A DNA stretch of 64,000 nucleotides from an uncultured virus (IMG/VR IMGVR_UViG_3300032167_000098) (IMGVR_UViG_3300032167_000098:1-64000); one strand, 5' to 3'. Counted from the first letter of the stretch, positions 1 through 9,644 are shown. Translations and numbers: made by a program. Notes: a model not told the origin generated them from the letters alone.

Positions 1-131
1 GTATCCGCAACTAACACATCATCCAGACTCTGATACAGGAAGATCACATCTGCGTAATCGCCGTCGTTTCTTAGCAGAAACAATCCGCCAAATTTTTCTT
101 CATTGTAAGCTTTTACTGATTTGAATGCCAT
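1..131 (-). CDS. 5' part of a probable single-stranded DNA-binding protein (truncated by window edge)
   Basis: Hand translation gives MAFKSVKAYNEEKFGGLFLLRNDGDYADVIFLYQSLDDV, with an AGGAG RBS. It resembles the N-termini of gp32-like phage SSBs and lies downstream of the primase/helicase genes. Confidence 0.5.
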   Translation of the reverse strand, partial: MAFKSVKAYNEEKFGGLFLLRNDGDYADVIFLYQSLDDVLVAD

Positions 132-179
132 GATATCATTCTCCTTTGATATAAATTGATTTATGTATTCAATAACGAT

Positions 180-623
180 TCAACATTTTGCAGTGTAAGT
201 TGCATATGAATCGGCATTTTCTCTTAATCTCATCTCTGTTACAACTACTCCAGGTGAGTATGCATCTAAAGTAGCTTGCAACTGCAATGCTATTTGTTCG
301 CATATAGTTTCAGCACTTACTACACTGCTATACGCCTTTGTGGGAACACCTAATCCGTCAAATGTAGCTGCGACGGATTGTGCTTGTAGATCTTTGTGAT
401 AGTATAAAAATGTATGATTTGGAACACATGCGCTTAAGTGAGCGCGCAGCATCTTGAATTCATATACAAGTGATGACGCATCGGACTGCAACGTGTTCTG
501 AACTGTAGCTTCAACTAAATATCGACAGCCTTGTAACATGTACTTATGAGATAAGATATCTTGTACTAGATACACACAGTCAAACTCTATTCGTTGTGTA
601 ACTGTATTATTTTTTGTGATCAT
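180..623 (-). CDS. Degenerate QueD/PTPS-like T-fold protein
   Basis: Motif order matches QueD (FDCVY~FxAAH; LQGCRYLVEATV~HGHxYxVEVxV; LVYEF~MVxDF; NHTFL~DHxxL; SAETI~TAENI; RENADSYATY~ETxxSxAxY), but the Zn-binding His residues are lost. Start chosen at the ATG with a GGAGG RBS. Confidence 0.55.
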   Translation of the reverse strand: MITKNNTVTQRIEFDCVYLVQDILSHKYMLQGCRYLVEATVQNTLQSDASSLVYEFKMLRAHLSACVPNHTFLYYHKDLQAQSVAATFDGLGVPTKAYSSVVSAETICEQIALQLQATLDAYSPGVVVTEMRLRENADSYATYTAKC

Positions 624-1125
624 AGCTGACCTCCAGCGCATGTAATCCAGATATCGTACCACACCAATATTGATCTGCAGGATTATCTACAGATGTTATA
701 ACATATATTCCATTTGATGTGCAATGTAACGCAAGCGGTACATCATCAATCTCAAATCCGCCTATATAGTCGTTATCGTCTAACGGTACGATTTGATCAG
801 GATGCTGTCTTAACATATTGTATTTATCACTCAACAGATCGTCTATTAACTCATGTTTGCGTCTGTTCTTTGTCGATACACTGAGCAATGGTAAATGTGA
901 GTTATCTATCATAAACTGAATCAGCAAACATATCGCACCTAATACTCCAACACAGACGGCACCTCCGATCCATGTCATAACACTTGTATCCGATGTCATC
1001 TCGGATAAAGTAATTTCTCCGGACTGGAATTTCTGTTCCTCAGTATCAATACGCAGTACAACAAACAGTGCACATAAGATAGCAGCTATTATGAATACAA
1101 TTCCCACAACTTTAAATATTTTCAT
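607..1125 (-). CDS. Hypothetical membrane protein (two TM segments)
   Basis: 172-aa ORF with two hydrophobic stretches and a GGGAG RBS. Confidence 0.6.
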   Translation of the reverse strand: MKIFKVVGIVFIIAAILCALFVVLRIDTEEQKFQSGEITLSEMTSDTSVMTWIGGAVCVGVLGAICLLIQFMIDNSHLPLLSVSTKNRRKHELIDDLLSDKYNMLRQHPDQIVPLDDNDYIGGFEIDDVPLALHCTSNGIYVITSVDNPADQYWCGTISGLHALEVSYDHKK

Positions 1126-1153
1126 GATCTTAACTCCCTATAATATATTACAT

Positions 1154-1804
1154 TCAATTAAATACATCAAGATAATCAGCTAACTTGATTCGAAGTTCGG
1201 CGATTATTTCCTGTTTCCTGGATTCAGATACTTTAGGAAGCGACGGATCCGACCTACCTAATAACTTAGAAACAACAGACATTGTATCTTCTCCCATAGA
1301 TTCTATCGTAGCCCAGAACTCTTCACGAGACTTTTCTTTAGTATAATCAGTAGTATCTGGAATTGTATCGAATAAATCAAGCTCATCGCCTGTTTCACTG
1401 ATAACGATATTGCTGCTTTCAAGCTGATACCTCTCACGATCTCGCTTTATATCATGGCAGATACAATACATACAATTGTATGCTACTCGATATACATAAG
1501 ATGCTGAAAACCTCTCAGGCTTCGCTTTGATTACAGGTACATTTTTCATCAAGTACTGGAGACAGGTACTTACGCCATCTTCTTCTGTAGTATAGAAACT
1601 TCTTGTTTTGAACCATGCAAGTGTTATCTGATCGTAGAACTGAACATACAAAGCCGCTGCCTTAGAATCATCTGCTAACGCAGACCATTCATCAAAAGAC
1701 AGCGGACTTTCATATCCGAGAAATGATTTGAAAGAATTGTAAGTAGCTCTCAGCGGCGACGTGCAGGTAGTAGTTTCCATCTCTGAAATGTTATTCTGTG
1801 CCAT
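1154..1804 (-). CDS. Putative phage RNA polymerase sigma factor (ECF-like)
   Basis: Region-2-like segment EEDGVSTCLQYLMK...RFSASYVYRVAYNCMY, linker GDELDLFDTIPD, and a C-terminal helical region (SESRKQEIIAELRIKL). Confidence 0.5.
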   Translation of the reverse strand: MAQNNISEMETTTCTSPLRATYNSFKSFLGYESPLSFDEWSALADDSKAAALYVQFYDQITLAWFKTRSFYTTEEDGVSTCLQYLMKNVPVIKAKPERFSASYVYRVAYNCMYCICHDIKRDRERYQLESSNIVISETGDELDLFDTIPDTTDYTKEKSREEFWATIESMGEDTMSVVSKLLGRSDPSLPKVSESRKQEIIAELRIKLADYLDVFN

Positions 1805-1919
1805 GACACTATTCTCCTTGATATGTGTTGATGTATTTTGATGTTTGAACTGTTATATATTGTACATATATTATAAGCGATACATGATTAAAAAATCTTT
1901 ATTTTTATTTTAAATAAAT

Positions 1920-2144
1920 TTAAATTATTTTGTTTGTCTTAACAGATGAGCTCTCATCTATCACTGTTGCATATTCAGCTGTTCTAGTAAGCGCATTGAA
2001 TCCTTCATCGTATCCGTGCTGATATCCATCTGAGTATCCGTCCGAATAACCAGAAGCATACGCCTTATGAAGCTCCTGTTTGAAATTATCTGTTTTGCAA
2101 TAATGAGCACAAAAACGACTGAAAAGTCTTTCACGTAGTTTCAT
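1920..2144 (-). CDS. Hypothetical protein with GYxxG repeats
   Basis: Contains GYSDGYSDGYQHGYDEG; a GGAGG RBS precedes ATG 2144. Confidence 0.55.
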   Translation of the reverse strand: MKLRERLFSRFCAHYCKTDNFKQELHKAYASGYSDGYSDGYQHGYDEGFNALTRTAEYATVIDESSSVKTNKII

Positions 2145-2364
2145 CAGAACGATTCCTCCACAATTTATAAAGTTTGATGATGTGAACAATTACGCATACA
2201 CCATTCAATAACCATACACTAATAGATCCAATCAAAAATCCATACACTACAAAAACAATCGAACCTAGTATGTTTATGCGCCGAATATTTACTTCAGATT
2301 TCTGTAAAAATGATAACAGCACTAAACATGTTGCAGCTATTCCTACAAGTTCAATCCAATTCAT
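2131..2364 (-). CDS. Small YgjV-like/SemiSWEET-size inner membrane protein
   Basis: Three TM helices with the pattern ELVGIAATCLVLLSF...IRRINILGSIVFVVYGFLI...WLLN. Confidence 0.55.
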   Translation of the reverse strand: MNWIELVGIAATCLVLLSFLQKSEVNIRRINILGSIVFVVYGFLIGSISVWLLNGVCVIVHIIKLYKLWRNRSDETT

Positions 2365-2699
2365 TGCTTGTCTGTGTTGAGTTCTGCATTCCATGCATCT
2401 ACATCAACACCTTCCTCCTTCAATTTGTATTTTGCTAACCACACATACTTATCTGGTGCTTCATAATGTTCAATCAATTTTTTATATTCTGCTCTAACTG
2501 ACTCCCAAAAATCACGAAGACGTTTCTTCTTCCAACCTTGCGTTACCATTAAAGTATACAGAACCATTGCATCTAAGTTTGAAATCAACTCATCAGAAGC
2601 CTCAATTATCTGTCTATTGACTTCAATATCAATCGCCTTCTGTTCATCTGCAGTAAATTCGGCACCATATACCTTACCCTTATATTTCTTTACAAACAT
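2361..2699 (-). CDS. Hypothetical phage protein
   Basis: 112-aa ORF translationally coupled within the replication operon. Confidence 0.6.
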   Translation of the reverse strand: MFVKKYKGKVYGAEFTADEQKAIDIEVNRQIIEASDELISNLDAMVLYTLMVTQGWKKKRLRDFWESVRAEYKKLIEHYEAPDKYVWLAKYKLKEEGVDVDAWNAELNTDKQ

Positions 2700-2704
2700 A
2701 TAGA

Positions 2705-3697
2705 TTACTCCCGCTGTTCATATAATTTTTTAAAAGTTGCTTCATCACAATCATTTACATCTTTCCCGTCTGGCATCGGTATTGTCCAAACAATCGCAAC
2801 CGATGACAAATATCTTTTCAGTTTAGCTGCACCTTTGCGACCGGCATCATCACCGTCTGTAGCAATAACGAACTCTGATGCACCTAGCTCTTTGAGCTGC
2901 TGAATTTGATATGAATTTCCTGTTCCTAACAATGCTACTGCCGGAAATCCATATTTTACTGCAACTAATGCATCTAGACAACTTTCACAGATTATAACCG
3001 ATTTGCAGCAATATGGAATCATCTCAATTCCATAAACAGGTTTTGTGACATTCTCGGGATAGTTGAACAATTTACCTTCAATAGATCTTCTACATAAGAA
3101 GAGGGTTCTTTTTTGTTTGTCTCGAACTGGAAATGTAATACATGGTACAGGCTTTTTTCGTCCAGGAGGTACCCAATTCATATCAACACCGATGTCGTAA
3201 TCAGCAATTATCTGATCAGTCAGTCCTCTTTGATACATGTAAGGAACAACATAGCGGTAAGTTGCGAGCTCTTCTTCTGAAACATATTGTACTGCAGATT
3301 GAGTTTGAGCTGATATATAATCAAGTGCAAATTTATTTGAAACAGCTTCCATCAAGTTATTTGGTATCAGATCTTCATAATCAACTTCTGCTTCAAATCC
3401 AGGGACATTTGCACTCAACCATTCTAGTCCGGATGATCCAATCGACTTACGCTTAAGAATTTCGGTAATCATATCAGGAAGCGGTCTTGCAAATCCACAA
3501 CTGAAACAATGTGCAAAACCTTCGGGGTACTTCTGTCCATTCTTATATTGAGATCTGATCAGAATTCCAAATGACGGTTTTCGTTCATTTCCATCGCTAT
3601 GAAATGGACAAAAACATTGATACCAGTCTCCTGATACTTTGTGTGTCCTTATTAGACCATGCTGAGCAAGTGTATTAACTATCAGTTCTACGTCCAT
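2705..3697 (-). CDS. DNA primase (CHC2 zinc finger + TOPRIM)
   Basis: CPFH...HCFSC zinc finger, FPVRD, TOPRIM ICESCLDAL, ATDGDDAG and KDVND. Confidence 0.92.
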   Translation of the reverse strand: MDVELIVNTLAQHGLIRTHKVSGDWYQCFCPFHSDGNERKPSFGILIRSQYKNGQKYPEGFAHCFSCGFARPLPDMITEILKRKSIGSSGLEWLSANVPGFEAEVDYEDLIPNNLMEAVSNKFALDYISAQTQSAVQYVSEEELATYRYVVPYMYQRGLTDQIIADYDIGVDMNWVPPGRKKPVPCITFPVRDKQKRTLFLCRRSIEGKLFNYPENVTKPVYGIEMIPYCCKSVIICESCLDALVAVKYGFPAVALLGTGNSYQIQQLKELGASEFVIATDGDDAGRKGAAKLKRYLSSVAIVWTIPMPDGKDVNDCDEATFKKLYEQRE

Positions 3698-4016
3698 TGA
3701 ATCTTACCTTACTATATCCACAACAGCCATATAAAGCATTATGAATAACTTTGAAATTGTGCACTATATTTACTGGTAGATCATTATTTTTAATAAGCGA
3801 AGTTACAAATGCAATTGTTTCATTGAGCACAACAGAATCTATAGGAACATGACGTTTATGTCGCGTGTAACAGCCTAGCACATGTAGTATTGCCGACAAT
3901 ATATTTAGCTCATACAGAAATTCATAACTATTAGATGCAGAATCTAAGCTATTCCACATATCAGATATCATTTCAAATGATTTATGTATATCGTCAGCAG
4001 AAATCGATTGAATCAT
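3675..4016 (-). CDS. Hypothetical protein
   Basis: 113-aa ORF between helicase and primase with a GAGG RBS. Confidence 0.55.
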   Translation of the reverse strand: MIQSISADDIHKSFEMISDMWNSLDSASNSYEFLYELNILSAILHVLGCYTRHKRHVPIDSVVLNETIAFVTSLIKNNDLPVNIVHNFKVIHNALYGCCGYSKVRFNGRRTDS

Positions 4017-4029
4017 ATCTACACCTCAA

Positions 4030-5382
4030 TTAAAATTCAACATCTTCGTAGTTATCATCCCAAGGCATTGTACTTGAATCTGCAAGAGTTGCAGATGTAT
4101 TTGATGTGATAGTTGGCATCTGAACAGATGGTTTTATCATTGTCGTAGCAACGTCATCATCACCTCCAGGTAGATACTGCATGTTTCCGGTATTAACATC
4201 CCAAGCATAACTGAGAACAGGTTTCTGATTGTTTGCTGTACGAGACTTCTCTAATCGAATGTCCAGGACATGTTTATCAAATATTTGTCGGATCGCAAAT
4301 GCTTGCGTAGCAATTCGTCCTGGATGGTCACTTCCTTCAATGTTGTATAATGACGGAAATGGATCACCTTTATCATCTCTACATTCTTTGGTTTCTCTAT
4401 TTGCTTGCATAGCAACTACAACAACACAACCATATTGTTTACTTAATTTAAATAAACTAGTACATATATTCTTATATCGAATGTAATCTGTATCGGCTTT
4501 GTTAACATCGGTCATATAAGATAGACCATCAATGATGAGTAATTTAATTCCGTGCTTTTTCACAAGCTGCTCAAGCCCTAAGATGTTTACCTCATTTGAA
4601 GGCATATCCTTATCTTCTAGTACAAAAACACTTGTATCTTCTTTCATCAAATTTTTGATATATTCATAATAGTTAGCATCATATTTTCCCTGATGTAACT
4701 GACTATTCTGAAAGTGCCCGCGCCATGTATCAAATCGAGTTCCAAGATAAGAAGCTTGCATCTCCGGAGAATAATAGAGGACCGGAAATCCATGTTTCTG
4801 CGCAGACTCCATTATCTTTGTACAGACCCAAGATTTACCTGTATTAGTACGAGCAAATATCAGCACTAATTCCTCAACTGTTGAAAATCCTCCATACATC
4901 AATTTATCAATCTCAGCAAATCCAGTAGGAATTCGCGCTTGCTTGTTAAATTCAACTATCTGATCACTTCTGAGTTTAGCATCTTTGACAATGTCCATTG
5001 GATGCGTATTTGATAATTCAGAAACTTTATCGCATTGTCTAGATAAATATTGCCAAGCTTCCGTTACATCTCCGGCACCTAGATCCTTCAACTTATTAAA
5101 GGTCTCAATCAGCATTATGTGCTGTTTGTTTTTTCGCATCTCCTCAGACAAGTAAGAGAGCGGTTCAGCAACTGATACTAGATTAATTTCTGGAAATTCT
5201 GACTGAAAAGTAAATACATCCGGTACAGATCTATATTGTTGCCTGTGCTGAAATATAAAATGAATATGCGGTTTGAAAACTGAATAATATGACTCATCGA
5301 ACTCAAGCAACGAATCTACTTCAGATTCGTCAGTGCTTGTAAGAATTTTTGATATTACTTGCAGCTCTATAGATGTGATCAT
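4030..5382 (-). CDS. DnaB-like (SF4) replicative helicase
   Basis: Walker A ARTNTGKS, YYSPEM, Walker B LLIIDGL, MQANR and LEKSR. Confidence 0.9.
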   Translation of the reverse strand: MITSIELQVISKILTSTDESEVDSLLEFDESYYSVFKPHIHFIFQHRQQYRSVPDVFTFQSEFPEINLVSVAEPLSYLSEEMRKNKQHIMLIETFNKLKDLGAGDVTEAWQYLSRQCDKVSELSNTHPMDIVKDAKLRSDQIVEFNKQARIPTGFAEIDKLMYGGFSTVEELVLIFARTNTGKSWVCTKIMESAQKHGFPVLYYSPEMQASYLGTRFDTWRGHFQNSQLHQGKYDANYYEYIKNLMKEDTSVFVLEDKDMPSNEVNILGLEQLVKKHGIKLLIIDGLSYMTDVNKADTDYIRYKNICTSLFKLSKQYGCVVVVAMQANRETKECRDDKGDPFPSLYNIEGSDHPGRIATQAFAIRQIFDKHVLDIRLEKSRTANNQKPVLSYAWDVNTGNMQYLPGGDDDVATTMIKPSVQMPTITSNTSATLADSSTMPWDDNYEDVEF

Positions 5383-5996
5383 GATTTCACCACCTTAGCT
5401 GCTTCAATGAGCTTTGTTTTTAGAAGAGAGAAAAATCTACTGGACTTACTGCTTACTAAATTTCCTAACGGAGGAGACACTATAAGTGTTGTATGTTCAC
5501 CATCTTCACGTAGTTGCAGAAGATTGAGTAATGTTTGCGATTCAAAGTCCCCGAAATTGACATAATCAATACCAGATATGATAAGTACTTTTGCTGACTC
5601 TGCCCATATCTGCATATATTCAAGAGCTTCCATATCAGTTTTAGCTGACCAACTCTTCTTCATATCATCTAAGTATTTAGCGTACTTTAAATTGTATACA
5701 GTGCAATGAAGCCTACTACCTTGCCAATTACTGCATATAGCAGAATACGTAAATATGTCTGAATATTGAGCAGTTGTTCTGCGAGAAGACGACCCTACAA
5801 CATATACTCCTGTTTTGTTTTCAATCTGAGACAACAAGGCCAAACTAGCATCATAATCAATTGTCATATCTGAAAATACAAAACTGCTTAGAGATATATT
5901 ATTTCGTTCTAGAAGATACGATGTCTCTGCTAATGTAGGGCAAGACTTATCACAGAATGGTTCAATACAGTACGGAGTAAATATACAGTTATGCAT
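5379..5996 (-). CDS. DnaC/IstB-like helicase loader with degenerate ATPase motifs
   Basis: N-terminal Cys cluster and IstB-like C-half (SAKVLIISGIDY...LLNLLQLR...TTLIVS). Lies immediately upstream of the helicase. Walker A and B are non-canonical. Confidence 0.55.
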   Translation of the reverse strand: MHNCIFTPYCIEPFCDKSCPTLAETSYLLERNNISLSSFVFSDMTIDYDASLALLSQIENKTGVYVVGSSSRRTTAQYSDIFTYSAICSNWQGSRLHCTVYNLKYAKYLDDMKKSWSAKTDMEALEYMQIWAESAKVLIISGIDYVNFGDFESQTLLNLLQLREDGEHTTLIVSPPLGNLVSSKSSRFFSLLKTKLIEAAKVVKS

Positions 5997-7101
5997 TTTC
6001 AATTCTCCTTAGTACTGGATTTCGTGTTTGCTTGTATGATACACGAGCGCGCACACACTGACGTGCTATTTCAAGTATATCTGAATATCCGTATCTTATG
6101 TAGCTGGATATAGGCATAAACAATGTTAAAAACGGATCTAGAGAACCATACAGTGGATATTGATGTTCGATGTGTTTAACATCTCGTTCTAATAGATAAC
6201 GTCTTACAACATATTCTTTGATATACTCAGATGTAAATGGAATTGTTTTAGATTCAGGAAGTGCATTCCAAATATCTGCAGTTCTGTATAACTGACCGTC
6301 TACTTCTATGTGTGAATAGAAACTCACAAGCTCATCATCAATTACTCGATACAACTTGAAAATATGTGGATATTTTATTAGATTGTCAATAAGTTGATTT
6401 TTTGTATATCCTTCAATTGGAAGAATACTGCCGAGTTCATCATCATTGTCTAACGTTGGTTGATATTCGTAGAGAGTAGCTGCACGCGTTTGAATGAATC
6501 TGTTCGGAAACAGTTTATATAGATCATCTGCAGTCATCTTAGAAACATCAGTTGTGCATGATATTTCATTTTGACGTTTTGGTATTTCAGGATATGATCG
6601 ATATATTACATACGGAGTATTATCAATTAGTTGTGCTTTCCATGGATCTTTGATGTTAAACTGTGGAACTATAGGTGGCCTTAAATACAAGTCCTCTTTA
6701 GGCGTCGGAGGTGTGTCAAAAGAAGTTATCGGTACTGCGGGTTGAATAGGGCTGACCGGCTCTTCAGTTTTTGCTTCGTAGCTATCTACAATTGCTATGT
6801 CCCATATTATATCTTTTTCATTTATATATAGATCTTTAAGAATCGCTCTACAGATACTATCATCAGATATTTCACAATTGAGTACTTCCGCCGATTTCAT
6901 TATTTCGGGTATGACATCATTAGAGATAACTATCAATGAGATTGAATTCATCACAGCTACAATGTGTTGACGCTGTCGATAGATTCCTGAATACACTTTA
7001 ATAGCTGCAGAAACTACATTAGCGTGCAACGTAGAGAGCTGAGCTCTGCACGATGGCGGATATTTTAATTTATCTGGAATTTCAGAAAACTTTATTTTCA
7101 T
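5989..7101 (-). CDS. Hypothetical replication-operon protein
   Basis: 370-aa ORF coupled to the loader gene; two domains separated by a Pro-rich linker. Confidence 0.65.
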   Translation of the reverse strand: MKIKFSEIPDKLKYPPSCRAQLSTLHANVVSAAIKVYSGIYRQRQHIVAVMNSISLIVISNDVIPEIMKSAEVLNCEISDDSICRAILKDLYINEKDIIWDIAIVDSYEAKTEEPVSPIQPAVPITSFDTPPTPKEDLYLRPPIVPQFNIKDPWKAQLIDNTPYVIYRSYPEIPKRQNEISCTTDVSKMTADDLYKLFPNRFIQTRAATLYEYQPTLDNDDELGSILPIEGYTKNQLIDNLIKYPHIFKLYRVIDDELVSFYSHIEVDGQLYRTADIWNALPESKTIPFTSEYIKEYVVRRYLLERDVKHIEHQYPLYGSLDPFLTLFMPISSYIRYGYSDILEIARQCVRARVSYKQTRNPVLRRIENA

Positions 7102-7106
7102 ATTAT

Positions 7107-7985
7107 CTAGTCCTTAATCAATTTACACTTTTTAAGCAACTCAGAATTCATCTTGTAGTCTTCATAAGCATCAAGAACTCCGGGATTGTATTGTCCACAC
7201 AATCTGTATACACAATCTTCTGTAGGATACATCTCGTTATCTGATAATGAACATAACTGAGATAAACCATTATCTAACAATACATCCCACAAGACTGCAG
7301 CTGTTAGTGTAAGTTGTGAAGCGTCAGGATATCTGTTGAAAGAATATATGAAATACGGAACTGCATAAACATTAGAAGTATCTGTTTCAATAGATCTACA
7401 CCATTCTTCAAATTTCTGTATGAATTGATCTTCTGTATCTACGTTTACATTGTATCCATATACAATAACGATATCTCGGATCCAACCTGGAACACGCTTC
7501 ATATTATAATGAAAATTTGAACATGATTTTGTTAAGAATCTTGTTTTGAACCAATAATCTAATAATTCAGCACATTTTTGTGCACTGCGCAGTGATATGT
7601 GTTTAGTTACTAGAGTTTCAAACACCTTTGCATATTCTACTAACGCTTGTTTTCTTGATACTGAAGCTGTGTTAGATGTCGATACTGCAGAAGATACAGA
7701 AGACGTCGAAACAAATGATTTCAATCGATTAAGTTCAGCTTGCATACCATCTAAAACAGCAGCAATATCTGGATTTGAAGATTGTGAAAATTCGACTTCA
7801 TCCATGTTAGATAAAGTTTCATCTTCAAGTATTGTATAGATGATTCTAACAACTTCGCTGCAAGTAGCTGCAACTTCTTTCAGACGAGCTTTCGACTTTC
7901 CATACATTGTATGCGAACTTTCTGAAATATCTTTAACATATCCTAACAGACGCTTCACCTGGAGTTCAGCACTGTTAATATCCAT
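7107..7985 (-). CDS. Hypothetical protein, first gene of the replication operon (initiator candidate)
   Basis: 292-aa ORF with an AGGAGG RBS, closest gene to the iteron array. Confidence 0.6.
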   Translation of the reverse strand: MDINSAELQVKRLLGYVKDISESSHTMYGKSKARLKEVAATCSEVVRIIYTILEDETLSNMDEVEFSQSSNPDIAAVLDGMQAELNRLKSFVSTSSVSSAVSTSNTASVSRKQALVEYAKVFETLVTKHISLRSAQKCAELLDYWFKTRFLTKSCSNFHYNMKRVPGWIRDIVIVYGYNVNVDTEDQFIQKFEEWCRSIETDTSNVYAVPYFIYSFNRYPDASQLTLTAAVLWDVLLDNGLSQLCSLSDNEMYPTEDCVYRLCGQYNPGVLDAYEDYKMNSELLKKCKLIKD

Positions 7986-8027
7986 TGAGGCAAGTTACCT
8001 CCTTTGCTACAAGATGATATTAAAAAT

Positions 8028-8166
8028 GAGTGTGACGTTCGTTTAGGCTACCTCATCAGCGAGCTACACACGATATCGCTACATATGGATCGGCACACTC
8101 AATAGCTGATGATGCAGATTGTAGTGCGGCCACTTTCTGCCGATAGCCCAAACGAACGCCGCACTC
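8028..8166 (-). ncRNA. Structured ~140-nt RNA/leader (three-way junction)
   Basis: ~23-bp closing stem (GAGUGCGGCGUUCGUUUGGGCUA/UAGCCUAAACGAACGUCACACUC) with inner stems GCAGA/UCUGC and CAUCAGC/GCUGAUG. G-U pairs favour the - strand, and AUUUUU follows. Confidence 0.65.
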
Positions 8167-8194
8167 GTTGTTTGTATTTTGTATCTTCAACATT

Positions 8195-8223
8195 ATTATA
8201 AGATAGATTGAATCATAAATCAA
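8195..8223 (-). promoter_or_regulatory. sigmaA-type promoter for the leader RNA/replication operon
   Basis: TTGATT-17 nt-TATAAT on the - strand with an AT-rich upstream region. Confidence 0.7.
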
Positions 8224-8319
8224 TATTATTTGATTAAGATTTTATTAAATTATTTTTTCGCCATATGATTGTGTGTACAGTTTATAACGATTTGCATAAT
8301 TGGTAAAAATTAAATACGC

Positions 8320-8632
8320 TATAATAAATATAATTCATTTTATTTCATATATAAATTCATATATTTCATATTTGTATTCATATATTTCATATATTGTTCG
8401 TCAATATACCCAATTTTGATTAAATTGATCTACAAAATACCCGGTTTTGGCCAATTTGATGATTTACAAAATACCCGGTTTTGGCCAATTTGATGATTCA
8501 ATGATACAATAGCATTTTACAAAATACCCGATTTTGGCGAATTTGAAATTGTAAAAACACCCGGTTTTGGCGAATTTGAAATTACTTATATTATATAACG
8601 AATCTACAAAATACCCGGTTTTGGCCAATTTG
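8320..8632. repeat. Iteron array plus AT-rich tract: candidate replication origin
   Basis: Five ~28-bp copies of TACAAAATACCCGGTTTTGGCCAATTTG at 8431, 8465, 8518, 8552 and 8605, plus a degenerate copy near 8405. The AT-rich 8320-8395 tract carries TTCATAT repeats. Confidence 0.75.
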
Positions 8633-8706
8633 TAAAACAATAATTTCATAAGATTTTCATAATCAGATATTGAATAAAAATTTAAAAATAAATTTTTGAA
8701 TATCTA

Positions 8707-8735
8707 TTGACTTTTTTATAATAATAATATAAAAT
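8707..8735 (+). promoter_or_regulatory. sigmaA-type promoter of the + strand sigma-like gene
   Basis: TTGACT-17 nt-TAAAAT. Confidence 0.65.
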
Positions 8736-8815
8736 AAACTTGTAGATAGAAGAAGATTGATCAAAAAATTTACGAAAAATTTTAACATACATAATCACAT
8801 TATAGGAGGGTTGAT

Positions 8816-9580
8816 ATGAGTACATATTCAAGAGATTACATCAAACAGCGTACACTCGAAATATATAAATCTATGCCGCAAAACAAAGAGCAGCGCAAAG
8901 CTTGTTTGAAAGAACGTGATGAAATCATTGAGTTGAATTACACATTTTTTGGATACATAGCATCACATACATTTATAAATAATCCTTCTGTTACATATGA
9001 AGATAAATTGCAGTCAGCTCTTATGCACTTCTGTGAATGTTTTTGGTGGTACATGTGGGAGGGTGATGAAACACATAAAGGATATAGAACAGATTTGGCT
9101 TGGACTGTTTTCTTCAAACCGCGTATAGGTGAAATGATAGAGCGAGAATTGAATGAAGTAAAATATTCAATTCGACGCTCTTTATGTATGAAAGCCGGAG
9201 CACAGCTTGGTAAGCACTGGGCACAAGTCAGATATGAAGATCTTGATAAAGTCAATCTTCCGCCGGAGGAGATGGCTTCACTTAAATCAATGTTTGGTAC
9301 TATGTACTGGGCAGATTTATCTGAACATGAATTGTATATTCCGGCTCCAACAGAACGTGAATCCGAATTCGCAAATCCTTCAGATAATTATAATACTGTG
9401 GAAGAACTTCTTATTCATGAAATGGTTGTGGAAGAGAAAAAACTTACAGATTCAGATCTGTTGCAGATTGCTGATATGTATGGGCTTGATTACTATGAAT
9501 TGAAACGTAAACTTCCTGAATGCGAAGCTACACTGTATAAAAGATTAAAAGACAGTTTAGATCTGTATAATATGGATTAG
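8816..9580 (+). CDS. Putative phage sigma-70-family factor (only convincing + strand gene)
   Basis: Region 2-like RDEIIELNYTFFGYIA...YEDKLQSA...KGYRTDLAWTVFFKPRIGEMI and region 4-like HTH LLQIADMYGLDYYELKRKL. AGGAGG RBS. Confidence 0.7.
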   Translation: MSTYSRDYIKQRTLEIYKSMPQNKEQRKACLKERDEIIELNYTFFGYIASHTFINNPSVTYEDKLQSALMHFCECFWWYMWEGDETHKGYRTDLAWTVFFKPRIGEMIERELNEVKYSIRRSLCMKAGAQLGKHWAQVRYEDLDKVNLPPEEMASLKSMFGTMYWADLSEHELYIPAPTERESEFANPSDNYNTVEELLIHEMVVEEKKLTDSDLLQIADMYGLDYYELKRKLPECEATLYKRLKDSLDLYNMD

Positions 9581-9596
9581 ATAATTGAACAAAAAA

Positions 9597-9632
9597 GAAA
9601 AGCGCCTGATGCTGTTCAGACGCTTTTTTTTT
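9597..9632. terminator. Bidirectional intrinsic terminator
   Basis: AAAAGCGCCTGA..TCAGACGCTTTTTTTTT between convergent genes. Confidence 0.75.
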
Positions 9633-9644
9633 GTTGTATGAGAA

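Noticed and set aside
8431..8632. 28-bp repeats as a CRISPR array
   Set aside because: Gaps alternate between ~6 and ~25 nt and are not unique equal-length spacers. No cas genes are in the window, and the layout fits iterons.
8464..8649. 61-aa ORF on the - strand
   Set aside because: It is just a translation of the iteron repeats and has no RBS.
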